Assembly (NCBI GenBank): GCA_963422615.1
Contig: OY730414.1
Coordinates: forward strand, 2,402,302 to 2,466,301
Length of the DNA stretch: 64,000 nt
Origin: Longimicrobiales bacterium
Lineage (GTDB): Bacteria > Gemmatimonadota > Gemmatimonadetes > Longimicrobiales > Gaopeijiaceae
Direction of reading: 5' to 3'
The position numbers and the translations under genes are program-made. The notes under the pieces were generated by a model. That model was given only the letters and a program-made list of their open reading frames with translations, had not been told where the DNA came from and did not search any database. Numbering within the stretch: the stretch's first letter is position 1; each line of letters opens with the position of its first letter. Shown here piece after piece: positions 9,630 through 19,183 of the stretch.

Positions 9630-10475
9630 GTGGAAACGCTACGTCTGATCGTCTCTGTTGCCGTCTTGTGCGCGGCCCAGGGGGCCCCCGACCCGGGATC
9701 GGCCCAGGTCCCGTTGGGCATCGCCACAGCCCGCGGCCAAACGGTGACCCCCGTGTATGAGGGCTGGTACCCGAATTCCGACGGCAGCTATAGCCTGTCC
9801 TTTGGCTATTTCAACCGGAACTTTGACGAAGTGATCGAAGTTCCTGCGGGAGCAAACAACCACATCGTGCCGACGGCCCTTGACGGCTTGCAGCCTACGC
9901 AATTCCACCCAAGGCGCCACTGGGGTGTCTTCACCGTGACGATTCCTTCGGGCTTCGACGACCAGGCCATCGTTTGGACCCTCGCCTTCCGAGGAGAGCG
10001 CTATTCGATCCCCGGCAGGTTGCACCCGGACTGGCAGATTGACGCGCTGGCCGGGGAAGTCGGGTCCGGGAACACCCCACCGGTGCTGGCCTTTTCCGAA
10101 GACGGCCCCGAAGGTGTCGGTCCCGGAGGCGTTACGAGCGAGTCCGAGTCGGTGGGGGTGGGAGTGCCCCTTGCCCTGGCGGTGTGGGCAAAAGACGACG
10201 GACGGGCGTCCGGCAGCGTGGCAAGGACGGGGTCCGCCGGTGTGCCCGTCACCTTGACCTGGTTCAAGCACAGCGGCCCCGGAGCGGTTTTTTTCAGCGA
10301 GGCCACGGCAAAGGTACTGGCTGAAGGCGGCAAAATGACCCTTACGGCAACGTTTGCCGAGCCGGGAGCGTACGTGTTGCGCGTGCGGGCGAACGATGCT
10401 TCGGGCGTGGCGGGTGCGGGACACGCCCAGTGCTGCTGGACCAACGGATTCGTGAAGGTGCAAATCACCCGCTGA
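9630..10475 (+). CDS. Secreted hypothetical protein with C-terminal PKD/Ig-like domain
   Basis: GGAGG RBS with GTG 9630; signal peptide; PVYEGW..FGYFNRN; ATFAEPGAYVLRVRAND; C-terminal QCCWTN. Confidence 0.7.
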   Translation: METLRLIVSVAVLCAAQGAPDPGSAQVPLGIATARGQTVTPVYEGWYPNSDGSYSLSFGYFNRNFDEVIEVPAGANNHIVPTALDGLQPTQFHPRRHWGVFTVTIPSGFDDQAIVWTLAFRGERYSIPGRLHPDWQIDALAGEVGSGNTPPVLAFSEDGPEGVGPGGVTSESESVGVGVPLALAVWAKDDGRASGSVARTGSAGVPVTLTWFKHSGPGAVFFSEATAKVLAEGGKMTLTATFAEPGAYVLRVRANDASGVAGAGHAQCCWTNGFVKVQITR

Positions 10476-10492
10476 CAAGGGATGAGTTCCGG

Positions 10493-11920
10493 ATGGGCAA
10501 GAAAAACTCAGGGCTCGGCAGACGACCCTTGGTTCACAGCGCGGCGATCTCGAGGGGACGAATCGGAGTTACCCCCACCTGGGCGGTGATGGCAGTTGTC
10601 GCAACCATTGCCTTTGCATCGAATCCTGTCCTCGCCGGGGCCCAGGAGCGTCCGACATTCGCAAAGGACGTGGCCCCGATTCTTCAACAGAACTGCCAGA
10701 TTTGCCACCAACCGGGATCCATAGCCCCCATGTCTCTCATGACGTACGAAGCGGTCAAGCGCTACGCACCCAGGATACGGGACAAGGTCGCCTCAAGGAT
10801 CATGCCCCCGTGGCACATCGATCGGTCGGTGGGGATTCGGGACTTCAAGAACGACCGCGGGCTGGCGGATGAAGAGATCCGGACTCTGGTCACGTGGATC
10901 GACACCGACATGCCCTTCGGAGACGAAAGGGATCTGCCGCCCCCGGTCGACTTTCCGGACCAGCAGTCATGGCGCTTCGCTCCGCGGTTTGGCGAACCCG
11001 ACCTCGTCGTCCGCTCCGACCCCTATACGCTGGCCGCCGAAACCCAGGACAAGTGGTTCCGCCCGGAGGTCGAGACCGGCCTAAGGGAAGAACGCTGGGT
11101 GAAGGCCATTGAGATTCGGCCTTCTTATCCCGACGGATGGGCGGTTGTGCATCATGCCCTCGCCTACCTGGTGCAGGAAGAGAATCCGGAGGAGATGACC
11201 GCCCGCAGTGCCGCCATCACGAGTGGCGGGTCCGCCATGGGCGGCCCGGGCCTCTTCATGGAGTGGGCCGTGGGCAAGGTAGGGGAAATTTTTCCGGATG
11301 GTGTAGGGAAACTTATGCTGCCGGGCGCTCGGATCCGCTGGGAAGTGCACATGCATGCCTTGGGAAGGGAAGTGAAGGACAGCTATGTGGAGCTGGGGGT
11401 TTGGTTCTACCCGAAGGACCAGATCCCCCGGAACCGGACCCGCTTGCGGATGTTCGACGCTCGGGGCCGGTCCGGCCTGGACATCCCCCCCGGGGAGATC
11501 GCCGTGACCCAGGACTTTCACGTCCTGAAGTGGCCCAGCCGGCTCGAGAACTTCCAGCCCCACATGCACATGCGGGGCAAGGCCATGACCATGGAGGCCA
11601 TCTTCCCCGACGGTCGCAAGGAGATTCTCAGCCAGGTCAACGACTTCCAGTGGAACTGGCACGTCAACTACATCTACGCCGACCACGCGGCACCGCTGCT
11701 CCCTGCGGGAACGACGATCGTGATCACGGCGTGGCACGACAACACGCCCGAAAATCCGAACAATCCCGACCCCAGCCAGTGGGTCGGGTGGGGAGATCGC
11801 ACGGTCGACGAAATGGCCCACGCGTGGGTGGACGTTACCTATCTGAGCGAGGCGCAGTTCGCGGAAGAGGTTGCGAAGCGGGAGGCCATGGCGGAGGAGA
11901 AGGAGGGGATGGAGCCGTAG
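10493..11920 (+). CDS. Heme-c binding domain fused to PHM/DBH-like copper type II monooxygenase domain
   Basis: CQICH heme motif followed by MPPW; VVHHA, EVHMH, PHMHMRG and DEM copper-ligand pattern; FQWNW. Confidence 0.75.
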   Translation: MGKKNSGLGRRPLVHSAAISRGRIGVTPTWAVMAVVATIAFASNPVLAGAQERPTFAKDVAPILQQNCQICHQPGSIAPMSLMTYEAVKRYAPRIRDKVASRIMPPWHIDRSVGIRDFKNDRGLADEEIRTLVTWIDTDMPFGDERDLPPPVDFPDQQSWRFAPRFGEPDLVVRSDPYTLAAETQDKWFRPEVETGLREERWVKAIEIRPSYPDGWAVVHHALAYLVQEENPEEMTARSAAITSGGSAMGGPGLFMEWAVGKVGEIFPDGVGKLMLPGARIRWEVHMHALGREVKDSYVELGVWFYPKDQIPRNRTRLRMFDARGRSGLDIPPGEIAVTQDFHVLKWPSRLENFQPHMHMRGKAMTMEAIFPDGRKEILSQVNDFQWNWHVNYIYADHAAPLLPAGTTIVITAWHDNTPENPNNPDPSQWVGWGDRTVDEMAHAWVDVTYLSEAQFAEEVAKREAMAEEKEGMEP

Positions 11921-11948
11921 GGGGGCAACGCCGTCCCACTCAAGCCCG

Positions 11949-13499
11949 ATGGCAATCGAGAACCGAACGTCCGGCGGAAGACGCGCCCTGGGCCTGTGGC
12001 TCGGGGTTGCGGCGTTCGCCTTGCTCCTGCTCTTCCCAGTGGACCCGGACAACCCGGCGGCCAGCCGGTTGGCGGCGGTCGCCTTCCTCATGGCCATTTG
12101 GTGGGTGACCGACGCCATTCCCCTCTTTGCAACGGCCCTGGTTCCGCTGGTCCTCTTCCCGTTCCTGGGCATCATGAGCGGCCGGGCGACGGCACCCATC
12201 TACTTCAACAGCACCATCGTGCTCTTCATCGGGGGGTTCATGATCGCCTTGACGATGGAGAAATGGAACCTGCACCGCCGCATCGCGCTGAACATCATCC
12301 GCGTAGTGGGGGGCGGTCCGGCGCGCATCGTCCTGGGGTTCATGATCGCCGCGGCCTTCCTGTCGATGTGGATCTCCAACACCGCTACCGCGGTCATGAT
12401 GGTTCCCATTGGTCTGGCCATTGTCCTGCAAATCGAAGATCAGGCAGCAGGAGACGAGGCCCGTCCCCTCTCCGTCGGGCTCATGCTGGGGATCGCCTAC
12501 GGCTGTTCGGTCGGAGGACTCACGACCCTGGTGGGCACGCCTCCGAACCTCTCCTTCGTACGCATCTTCGAGATTCTCTTCCCCGATGCTCCCACCATCG
12601 CGTTCGGCCAGTGGATGATCGTCGCCCTTCCCATCGGCATCGTCCTGTTGGCCGTGGTCTGGCTTTTCCTCACGCAAGTGTTCTTCCGGGTGCCGGAAGG
12701 CGTCTCCGTTGACAACACCGTCGTCGAGCGGGAGCATGCGCGCCTGGGGCCGGTCTCGTTCGAGGAACGGTGGGTTCTGGCCGTCTTCGCCGTGACTGCG
12801 CTTCTGTGGGTGTTTCGCGTCGATCTGCAGATCGGCCTTTTCACCGTTCCCGGATGGTCCCGCTTGCTCCCTGCACCGGAGCTCATCGACGACGGCACCA
12901 TCGCGATCACGATGGCCACGGTGCTTTTCCTTATCCCGGCGCGCAACCGGAAGAAGGGCGACACCCGGGTCATGGGTCCGGACGTGATTCCCAGGCTGCC
13001 GTGGAACATTGTGCTCCTCATCGGAGGCGGCTTCGCCCTGGCCGCCGGCTTTCAGGAAACCGGGCTCGCACAACTCGTCGGGAACCAGTTCGGGGGGCTC
13101 GGAGCCCTGCCTACGTTCGTGATGATTCTGCTGGTCTGCCTCGCCCTGACCTTCCTCACCGAACTGACCAGCAACACCGCCACCACGGAGATGATCCTTC
13201 CGATCCTCGCCTCGGTTGCCGTCGCCACCGGCACGCACCCTCTGGTCCTCATGGTCCCCGCCACCCTGTCGGCATCGTGCGCGTTCATGATGCCGGTCGC
13301 GACGCCCCCGAACTCGATCGTCTTCGGGAGCAACCGGATCTCGGTCCGGGAAATGGCCCGAACGGGTATCTTGCTGAACCTGATCGGCGTGGTGGTGATC
13401 GCCACGATCGTCTATACGGTGGGACTGGTGGTATTCGACATCAACCCGTCCGTGGTCCCCGACTGGGCCGGGTCGATTTCCGGTGAAATACCCAGATAG
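11949..13499 (+). CDS. SLC13/DASS sodium-coupled dicarboxylate/sulfate transporter
   Basis: SMWISNTAT, GTPPN, TELTSNTAT and PVATPPN motifs; many TM segments. Confidence 0.92.
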   Translation: MAIENRTSGGRRALGLWLGVAAFALLLLFPVDPDNPAASRLAAVAFLMAIWWVTDAIPLFATALVPLVLFPFLGIMSGRATAPIYFNSTIVLFIGGFMIALTMEKWNLHRRIALNIIRVVGGGPARIVLGFMIAAAFLSMWISNTATAVMMVPIGLAIVLQIEDQAAGDEARPLSVGLMLGIAYGCSVGGLTTLVGTPPNLSFVRIFEILFPDAPTIAFGQWMIVALPIGIVLLAVVWLFLTQVFFRVPEGVSVDNTVVEREHARLGPVSFEERWVLAVFAVTALLWVFRVDLQIGLFTVPGWSRLLPAPELIDDGTIAITMATVLFLIPARNRKKGDTRVMGPDVIPRLPWNIVLLIGGGFALAAGFQETGLAQLVGNQFGGLGALPTFVMILLVCLALTFLTELTSNTATTEMILPILASVAVATGTHPLVLMVPATLSASCAFMMPVATPPNSIVFGSNRISVREMARTGILLNLIGVVVIATIVYTVGLVVFDINPSVVPDWAGSISGEIPR

Positions 13500-13531
13500 A
13501 CCCGGGGTCGGCAGATAGACGCGGTCGGTTT

Positions 13532-15745
13532 CTAGAACGCCTTCAAGTAAGTGAGCTTCATGACGCCGGTACGCCTACGCCAGCGATCCGTTCTCGGGTC
13601 CAGAAGGTCTCCCGTCAGATAGCCAGTGTCGAACACCAAGAAGAGGTCGCTGCCAGGCGTGTGGATCCAGTTGATCCGGATGTTGGCCTGGACGACGTTC
13701 GATACGTCGTCGTACTGGAGCAGGGCGTTGGCGAAGAGGGACCGGCTCACAGCTCCGAGGAGGGTGAGCCCGAAAATCCGAGTGTTGAAGCTCCCATCCT
13801 CCACGGGCAGACGAATGTCGTTCCAGGTGTAATCCGCGCCCAGCGTGAGGTATGGCCCCGTCTTCCAGGCCGCGCCGCCCGAAAGTTCGGTCCGAGTGCC
13901 CCCCCAGAAGTCTCCCATGGAGACGCCCCCACGCCCCGAAAAACGCCGGCTGTCGTTCGTAGTGAACTGGAAATCGGCGCTGGTGAATCCATAGTCTCCG
14001 ACCCCCAGCTCCCGGCCTTGAATCCGTACAGGATTCCGGAGGGCTTCGGAACGGCGACGAAGGTTCACAATGACCCGGTCGCCGGTCTGAAACAGCAACA
14101 TGTTGTGGGAAAGCAGGGTCGTGCTCTGCCGGACGCCATCCAGACCCTCGGTGTACGCCCCATTGAGCACGGTAAAGAGCTGCCGAGCCCATCGGCTCTC
14201 TTCGAAGCGGGGGAAGGCCACGAGGGACCCGGCATAGCGTTGCATATCGTCGCGGCGGACAAAACCCAAGGCCGGGTCGAAGCCCGACGGCACTCGAGTG
14301 AACTCCGCCCCCGCCGACGCGCGGCTGTTGCGGAGGTTAAGCCGGACGGATCCGGCCGTCGCGGACGAACCCTCGCCTCGGGATGACCGGGCAACCCAGC
14401 CCGTGAAAGCGCTGGATCCCCCAAACCGGATCTGAGCATCCAGACCCGCAACCCGGCTCCCGCCACCGTCGGCATCGAGCGACGTAAAGATCCCGCCGAT
14501 GGTCGTCCTGGGAAACGGATCGGTGCGCAGGCGAAGAACCGAGTTGAGCCCGCCCCGGAGGAGCTCCCCTTCGGGGCTGCGGGCGTCATCCGTAAGCAGG
14601 CTGAGGGCCCCGACGGAAAAGGGGCCTGCCTGGCCTGTGAGCCGTCCGCCCCCGACGATGTCGTTCGCGATGCCGATCCTTCGACTGAAGAAAATCTCCG
14701 TTTCCCGCGGGTCCCCAAAGTTGAACAACCCGGCCCGTTCAAGGAAGAACTCCCGCTTCTCCGGGAAGAACAGACTGAATCGCGTCAGGTTGATCTGGAC
14801 GTTGTCCGCCTCCACCTGCGCAAAGTCGGGGTTGAGGGTCGCATCGAAGGTAAGGTTCGACGTGACGGAGTACTTGAAGTCCAGCCCAAGGTCGTTGAGC
14901 GTCCGGGTGGCTTCGGCCGCTTCGCCCACCCCGCCTTCCCTGGAACGTCCGGTAATGGCAAAAGGCTTCACTTCCATGTACCGGCCCCGGCGAAGGCCCT
15001 CAAGGCCGGTCAGGGTGGCGTACTGGGAGACCTGGGTGAGGCCCGATTCGAACTCCTGGCCGACGTGGGGAAAGTAGGCCCGCTCGTTCTTGCGCCGGAT
15101 GGTGCGCTCCAACAGGATCCCCATCGTCGGCGCGTTCTCTGCCGAAAATCGGATGGTCGTGAAGGGAATCGCCGCTTCAACGACCCATCCGTCTTCGGTG
15201 ATCCGGCCCTCGCTCTCGTAGATGCCCTCCCAGTTCCAATCCGAGAGCGTCATGGACTCATCGGTGATGAGCGCGTCGCCTTGGGTGCCGAAGGGATTGA
15301 TCTCGAAGATGTAGGCGTTGCGCCGGTCGTGATACGTGTCCAGACCGATACGAATGTTGTCGTCCTGATCAATCCTGCCTTCCCGATGCAGAATGCTACG
15401 CCGGATCCCGTCCGGGTCCGAGTCGTAGAGCATGACGGCGAAATAGAGGTTGTTTTCGTCGAAGGCAACCCGGAGTTCGGTCCGTTCCGACGCAGGGTCC
15501 CCGTCGACGGGGACCCGCTGCCTGAGGTCCGTGACGGGCTCCACCTCGTTCCAGAAGGGCTCGTCCAGAACGGCGTCAATGACCGGAGGACGATCCGTGT
15601 AAACCGCTTGAACCGTCGGGGCGCTAGGCGAAAGCCCACCGCCGGACTGAGGGTTCTGGGCGGAGAGCACCGTCGGAGAACTCCCCGCCAAGGAAAGGGC
15701 GACGGCCAACAAGACCGCGCGCCGCCCCCTTCGATCCGCGGTCAA
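13532..15745 (-). CDS. DUF5916 / CBM9-like outer-membrane protein
   Basis: N-terminal DOMON/CBM9-like part; NPDFAQVEAD and FFPEKREFFLE motifs; C-terminal F. Start probably TTG 15745, overlapping the upstream stop (TTGA). Confidence 0.85.
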   Translation of the reverse strand: MTADRRGRRAVLLAVALSLAGSSPTVLSAQNPQSGGGLSPSAPTVQAVYTDRPPVIDAVLDEPFWNEVEPVTDLRQRVPVDGDPASERTELRVAFDENNLYFAVMLYDSDPDGIRRSILHREGRIDQDDNIRIGLDTYHDRRNAYIFEINPFGTQGDALITDESMTLSDWNWEGIYESEGRITEDGWVVEAAIPFTTIRFSAENAPTMGILLERTIRRKNERAYFPHVGQEFESGLTQVSQYATLTGLEGLRRGRYMEVKPFAITGRSREGGVGEAAEATRTLNDLGLDFKYSVTSNLTFDATLNPDFAQVEADNVQINLTRFSLFFPEKREFFLERAGLFNFGDPRETEIFFSRRIGIANDIVGGGRLTGQAGPFSVGALSLLTDDARSPEGELLRGGLNSVLRLRTDPFPRTTIGGIFTSLDADGGGSRVAGLDAQIRFGGSSAFTGWVARSSRGEGSSATAGSVRLNLRNSRASAGAEFTRVPSGFDPALGFVRRDDMQRYAGSLVAFPRFEESRWARQLFTVLNGAYTEGLDGVRQSTTLLSHNMLLFQTGDRVIVNLRRRSEALRNPVRIQGRELGVGDYGFTSADFQFTTNDSRRFSGRGGVSMGDFWGGTRTELSGGAAWKTGPYLTLGADYTWNDIRLPVEDGSFNTRIFGLTLLGAVSRSLFANALLQYDDVSNVVQANIRINWIHTPGSDLFLVFDTGYLTGDLLDPRTDRWRRRTGVMKLTYLKAF

Positions 15746-15999
15746 CGCTCGTCGTCGTCCGTCCCGCCGTTTTCCGGTTCCGGGCATGCTTCGGGGTCGG
15801 GACAACACGCATCGCAGCGCTCACCGCACCGACAGAATCTCCAGCACGAACCGTCGCGGCGGAGCCGCCAACACCCCTTCTTGCGGAGCCAGTAGATCAC
15901 GAGGATGAGGATCAGGATGTGGCGAATTCGGATCTGAAACATCGATCCCCAGAATTCCGCCAGAGAGAAAAAGTACCAGCCGAAAAGATCTCCCAACAT
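15742..15999 (-). CDS. Small membrane protein with 8-Cys C-terminal tail
   Basis: AAGGGA RBS; hydrophobic ILILILVIYWL followed by RKK; tail GCWRLRRDGSCWRFCRCGERCDACCPDPEAC; stop overlaps the next start. Confidence 0.65.
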   Translation of the reverse strand: MLGDLFGWYFFSLAEFWGSMFQIRIRHILILILVIYWLRKKGCWRLRRDGSCWRFCRCGERCDACCPDPEACPEPENGGTDDDER

Positions 16000-16157
16000 G
16001 TATCAGTCCCTTGAAGCTAATGTGAGGGTCATGTCCGAATGTGGGCGCGTCACGTCCGACCCTATACGCCCCTCCCACTTCCGGGGTTTCGCCCCTTGAG
16101 GCGGGCGGGCAGCCCGGGTGCGCAAAGTAGCCGGTGAGCCCGAGCCATCATCCGGCG

Positions 16158-16328
16158 CTATTCGAATGGATCTTCGGTCAGACGGTACACCGCGAACCCC
16201 AGCCAAACTCCGAACACCGCAGCCCCCAGCGTGGCCCAGAGCGTCCTAGGGAAGAAGATGCCCGAATGAGCGACTCCCGCGAGCAAAAGGGCGCCTCCGG
16301 CGCAGAAAGGGACCAGTTTTCCCTTCAT
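16158..16328 (-). CDS. 56-aa small two-TM membrane protein (below the ORF-track cutoff)
   Basis: GAGGAG-aaaatt-ATG 16328; MKGKLVPFCAGGALLLAGVAHSGIFFPRTLWATLGAAVFGVWLGFAVYRLTEDPFE; TAG 16158-16160. Confidence 0.7.
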   Translation of the reverse strand: MKGKLVPFCAGGALLLAGVAHSGIFFPRTLWATLGAAVFGVWLGFAVYRLTEDPFE

Positions 16329-16370
16329 AATTTTCTCCTCTGGGGACGATCAGGACCCCGACCCCAGGCG

Positions 16371-17405
16371 TCATTCGCCGGGCTCCTGCGATCCGGGCCG
16401 ATTCCTGACCAAGGCAATCCGGGAGCCATCCGGACTCACGGCAATGCGGGAGATGTCCCCTGCGTCTTCCCGGGCCAAGTCCCGGATCCGGGCCCAGCCC
16501 CCACCCGCCCTCCATGCGTACAGCACCGCGCCATCTCCCATCAGGATCTCGCCTTCGGGCGTCCAGGCGTAGTCTTCCCGACCGGTCAGCGTCCGGGTCA
16601 GGGGTTCGGTATTCCCGGAAAATGGATCGAAGCGTTCGATCCACCACGCGTCCTCCGACTTCCGTACAAAGGAAACGGCGGCGGTGCCCGGGATCCGGTG
16701 GATCGAGCGTCCAGGATTCCGCGCAACGACGCGAATCTCCCCCGACAGCGCGTCTCCGGCCTGTAGGGTCGGGGGATCACCCAGGATGAACATGACGGCC
16801 GTTCGTTCGTCGGCCCACGCATGATACCCCACGGGCTCCGCAGTGGAAAAAACGGCCTGCCGCTCCGACCCGTCGGTCCGGTAACGCCAAAGGTACTGTT
16901 TGCCGTTCTGCTCCCGGATCGCAGAAAGCGCGTCCTGTCCCGGAATGACGGTGGGAGAGAATTCGCTGGCGTCCGCAGTGCGGGTCACCCGTTGGGAGAC
17001 GCCGGTCGCAAAGACGTACCGAAAGACCTCGGTCTGGGTTGAGTCCACCGCCGAGGTGTAGTACAGGACCTCGCCGCCAGGATCGAAGCTCGGCTGGTTG
17101 TCGTAACCGTTCCGGTCGGTTGCGTTGAAAAGATCTCGCACGACTGGCCTTCCGCCCACCCGATCAAGGACCCCGATCCAGATGTCGGTGGCGGGGGCCC
17201 CGGCCGCGGTAGGCCGATAGTCTTCGGGCGGGGGTCCGATTTCGGGGAGGGGGCCGTCTAGGGGGGTACCGGCAAAGGGATCACCGTCGTCGGACGGCCC
17301 TCGAGAGCCGTCGTCCTCGGGCCTCGTACAGGAAAATACAAGTCCCGAGAGCAACAAGACGAGTCCCGGGGACACCGCTCCGACAGCCCGAGAACCGCGC
17401 TTCAT
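16371..17405 (-). CDS. TolB-like/PD40 beta-propeller lipoprotein
   Basis: Lipobox-like VFSC; GYDNQPSF, SEFSP, EPVGYHAW and ISRIAVSPDG motifs. Confidence 0.8.
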   Translation of the reverse strand: MKRGSRAVGAVSPGLVLLLSGLVFSCTRPEDDGSRGPSDDGDPFAGTPLDGPLPEIGPPPEDYRPTAAGAPATDIWIGVLDRVGGRPVVRDLFNATDRNGYDNQPSFDPGGEVLYYTSAVDSTQTEVFRYVFATGVSQRVTRTADASEFSPTVIPGQDALSAIREQNGKQYLWRYRTDGSERQAVFSTAEPVGYHAWADERTAVMFILGDPPTLQAGDALSGEIRVVARNPGRSIHRIPGTAAVSFVRKSEDAWWIERFDPFSGNTEPLTRTLTGREDYAWTPEGEILMGDGAVLYAWRAGGGWARIRDLAREDAGDISRIAVSPDGSRIALVRNRPGSQEPGE

Positions 17406-17840
17406 CTACCCGGCTTCCTCAAGGGCAGGCATCCGTTGCAGTTCCCGTTCCAGGTCCCCCGCCATCAGGCCCCAGTCACTCAGTACTCGCGCGGTCTCCG
17501 GATCGCCGTTGCGCGCGACGCCTAGGAGCAGATGGACGCTCGTCGTGGTCGGATGGCCGCAGGAAGAACTGGCCGCCACCGCCGCCGCGAGCACTTCATG
17601 GGAGGAGGGCGTAAAGGGAAGGTGATTCTCGTAGGTGACGGGCAGGTTCAGCATAGGCGGGGGAAGGTCATCCACTTCAAGCCCCAGCCTCCGACAGGCA
17701 TCCCGGAGGGCCGAATCGCCCTGAGACAGGACGCCGGCGAGAATGTGGGGCGGCTCCACCGCATCGGCACCATCCCGGGCTGCCGCTGCGGCAGAGCGAT
17801 TGAGGGCATGAATTGCGTCGTCGGCAAGGTTGATGCTCAT
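17406..17840 (-). CDS. Stand-alone Clp N-terminal (Clp R) domain protein
   Basis: Two repeats: VEPPHILAGVL and LPFTP...TTSVHLLLGV; no ATPase domain. Confidence 0.8.
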   Translation of the reverse strand: MSINLADDAIHALNRSAAAAARDGADAVEPPHILAGVLSQGDSALRDACRRLGLEVDDLPPPMLNLPVTYENHLPFTPSSHEVLAAAVAASSSCGHPTTTSVHLLLGVARNGDPETARVLSDWGLMAGDLERELQRMPALEEAG

Positions 17841-18142
17841 CGCTCTTGACTGTGGGGTAACGGGTGGCCAGGAATATTAAGGGACAAATCGGAACGAAGT
17901 GATTGTGGCGGATTTCGGGCGTCCCCTCAAGGGGTGCCGGAGCCCGCGGGTGCGCCCTGGAATGGGTCGCCGCCGCCCTTGCCCACTGGAAAAAGCGCGA
18001 ATTTGGGGTAGGTTTTTCGCGTGATCGGGCGTATTGTCCCCAAGAACATGAGGGGCCAGGTACCGACGCCGTGGGCAGCGCGCCCCGAACCTACAAGCGC
18101 CCCGAAACCTACCAGGTAGGGGACCGGATTTGGGGGACCTGA

Positions 18143-18541
18143 TTGATTTTAGCGACCTTCCGGTGGGTGTCGCTGCTTGGGCTGGTGCTCTTTGCCTGTT
18201 CCCCCAGGGAGGGCCGAAGCCTGGATGATTTAGTCGTGCGGGACCGAACGTACGTGGATCCGGAAACCATGACCCCGTACTCGGGGCAGGTTTTCAGATT
18301 TTTCCCCGGCAAGGAGGAGACAATTCAGCTGCGGGCATCGCTTCGCAACGGAACGTGGGAAGGCGAACTTACCGTTTACCATCCGACCGGCCGAATCCGG
18401 TACCAGGGAGAGATGTCGGAAGGCATGCAGTGTGGTGGCTGGACCGAAAACGAACGTCCTGCTGCTCCGGAAAGCCTTTACGAGGAGATCAAGGAGGACT
18501 TGGCGTCCCTGGTCATGTATCCGCCCTGTCCCAACAAGTAA
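18143..18541 (+). CDS. Lipoprotein with MORN-variant repeats
   Basis: Lipobox LFAC; PYSG..., LRNGTWEGELTVYHPTG, GMQCGGW. Confidence 0.7.
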   Translation: MILATFRWVSLLGLVLFACSPREGRSLDDLVVRDRTYVDPETMTPYSGQVFRFFPGKEETIQLRASLRNGTWEGELTVYHPTGRIRYQGEMSEGMQCGGWTENERPAAPESLYEEIKEDLASLVMYPPCPNK

Positions 18542-18561
18542 CCTCCTCGGCGACTCCTTCC

Positions 18562-19032
18562 TCATTCGTACGGCATCTTCGGCACCTTGCCCAGGAGGCG
18601 CGCGTACACCGCGAGGGAACCGCGGTGGTGGGCCGTGTGGTCAACAATGGCACTCACGATAGCAGCCCTCGGGGCTCCGGCCATAATCCGGCGATCCGGG
18701 ATGGACGCAAACAGCGTCGCGTCGGAAGCGGCACCCACGGCTTGGGTGACGCCGGCATAGGCCCGATCCAGCCATTCGGTCGCCTCTTTCAGGGAGGTAA
18801 CGGCCCGGGCCGCGGTGATGAGGGCCTCAAAGTCCATGTTCCAGCCGTCCCCGAAGGCGCCCTCTACGAACCAATCAACGGAGTCGGCCGCGTGCGCGAC
18901 ATGCGCCGCCACGGTGTAGAGTTCCGGCCGGGGAGTGAATTCGGAATCGCTTTCGTCGAAGATCGAAAGCGTGGTCTTGATGTACTTCAAGGATGTTTCC
19001 AGTTCGGTAACGAGACCGGCTGATGCCGACAT
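18562..19032 (-). CDS. DinB/YfiT family protein
   Basis: TVAAHVAH and DHTAHHRGSLAVYARLLG metal-binding motifs. Confidence 0.9.
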   Translation of the reverse strand: MSASAGLVTELETSLKYIKTTLSIFDESDSEFTPRPELYTVAAHVAHAADSVDWFVEGAFGDGWNMDFEALITAARAVTSLKEATEWLDRAYAGVTQAVGAASDATLFASIPDRRIMAGAPRAAIVSAIVDHTAHHRGSLAVYARLLGKVPKMPYE

Positions 19033-19183
19033 GGCTCACGCGCTCCTTAGGTCGCCTGCGGTGGCTCCTCTTACCTTCCGGTAAGGCTGAAACAAACCGA
19101 CCGTACTCCGAGTCGGGACTTGTCGGAGCGGGCCGAAGGTCCCAATATGCAACGTTTCCTTCAACCTGCAATGGGCTGCCCCC

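Noticed and set aside
18143..18541. YwqK-type antitoxin of a toxin-antitoxin pair
   Set aside because: MORN-variant repeats are generic and no toxin gene is adjacent.
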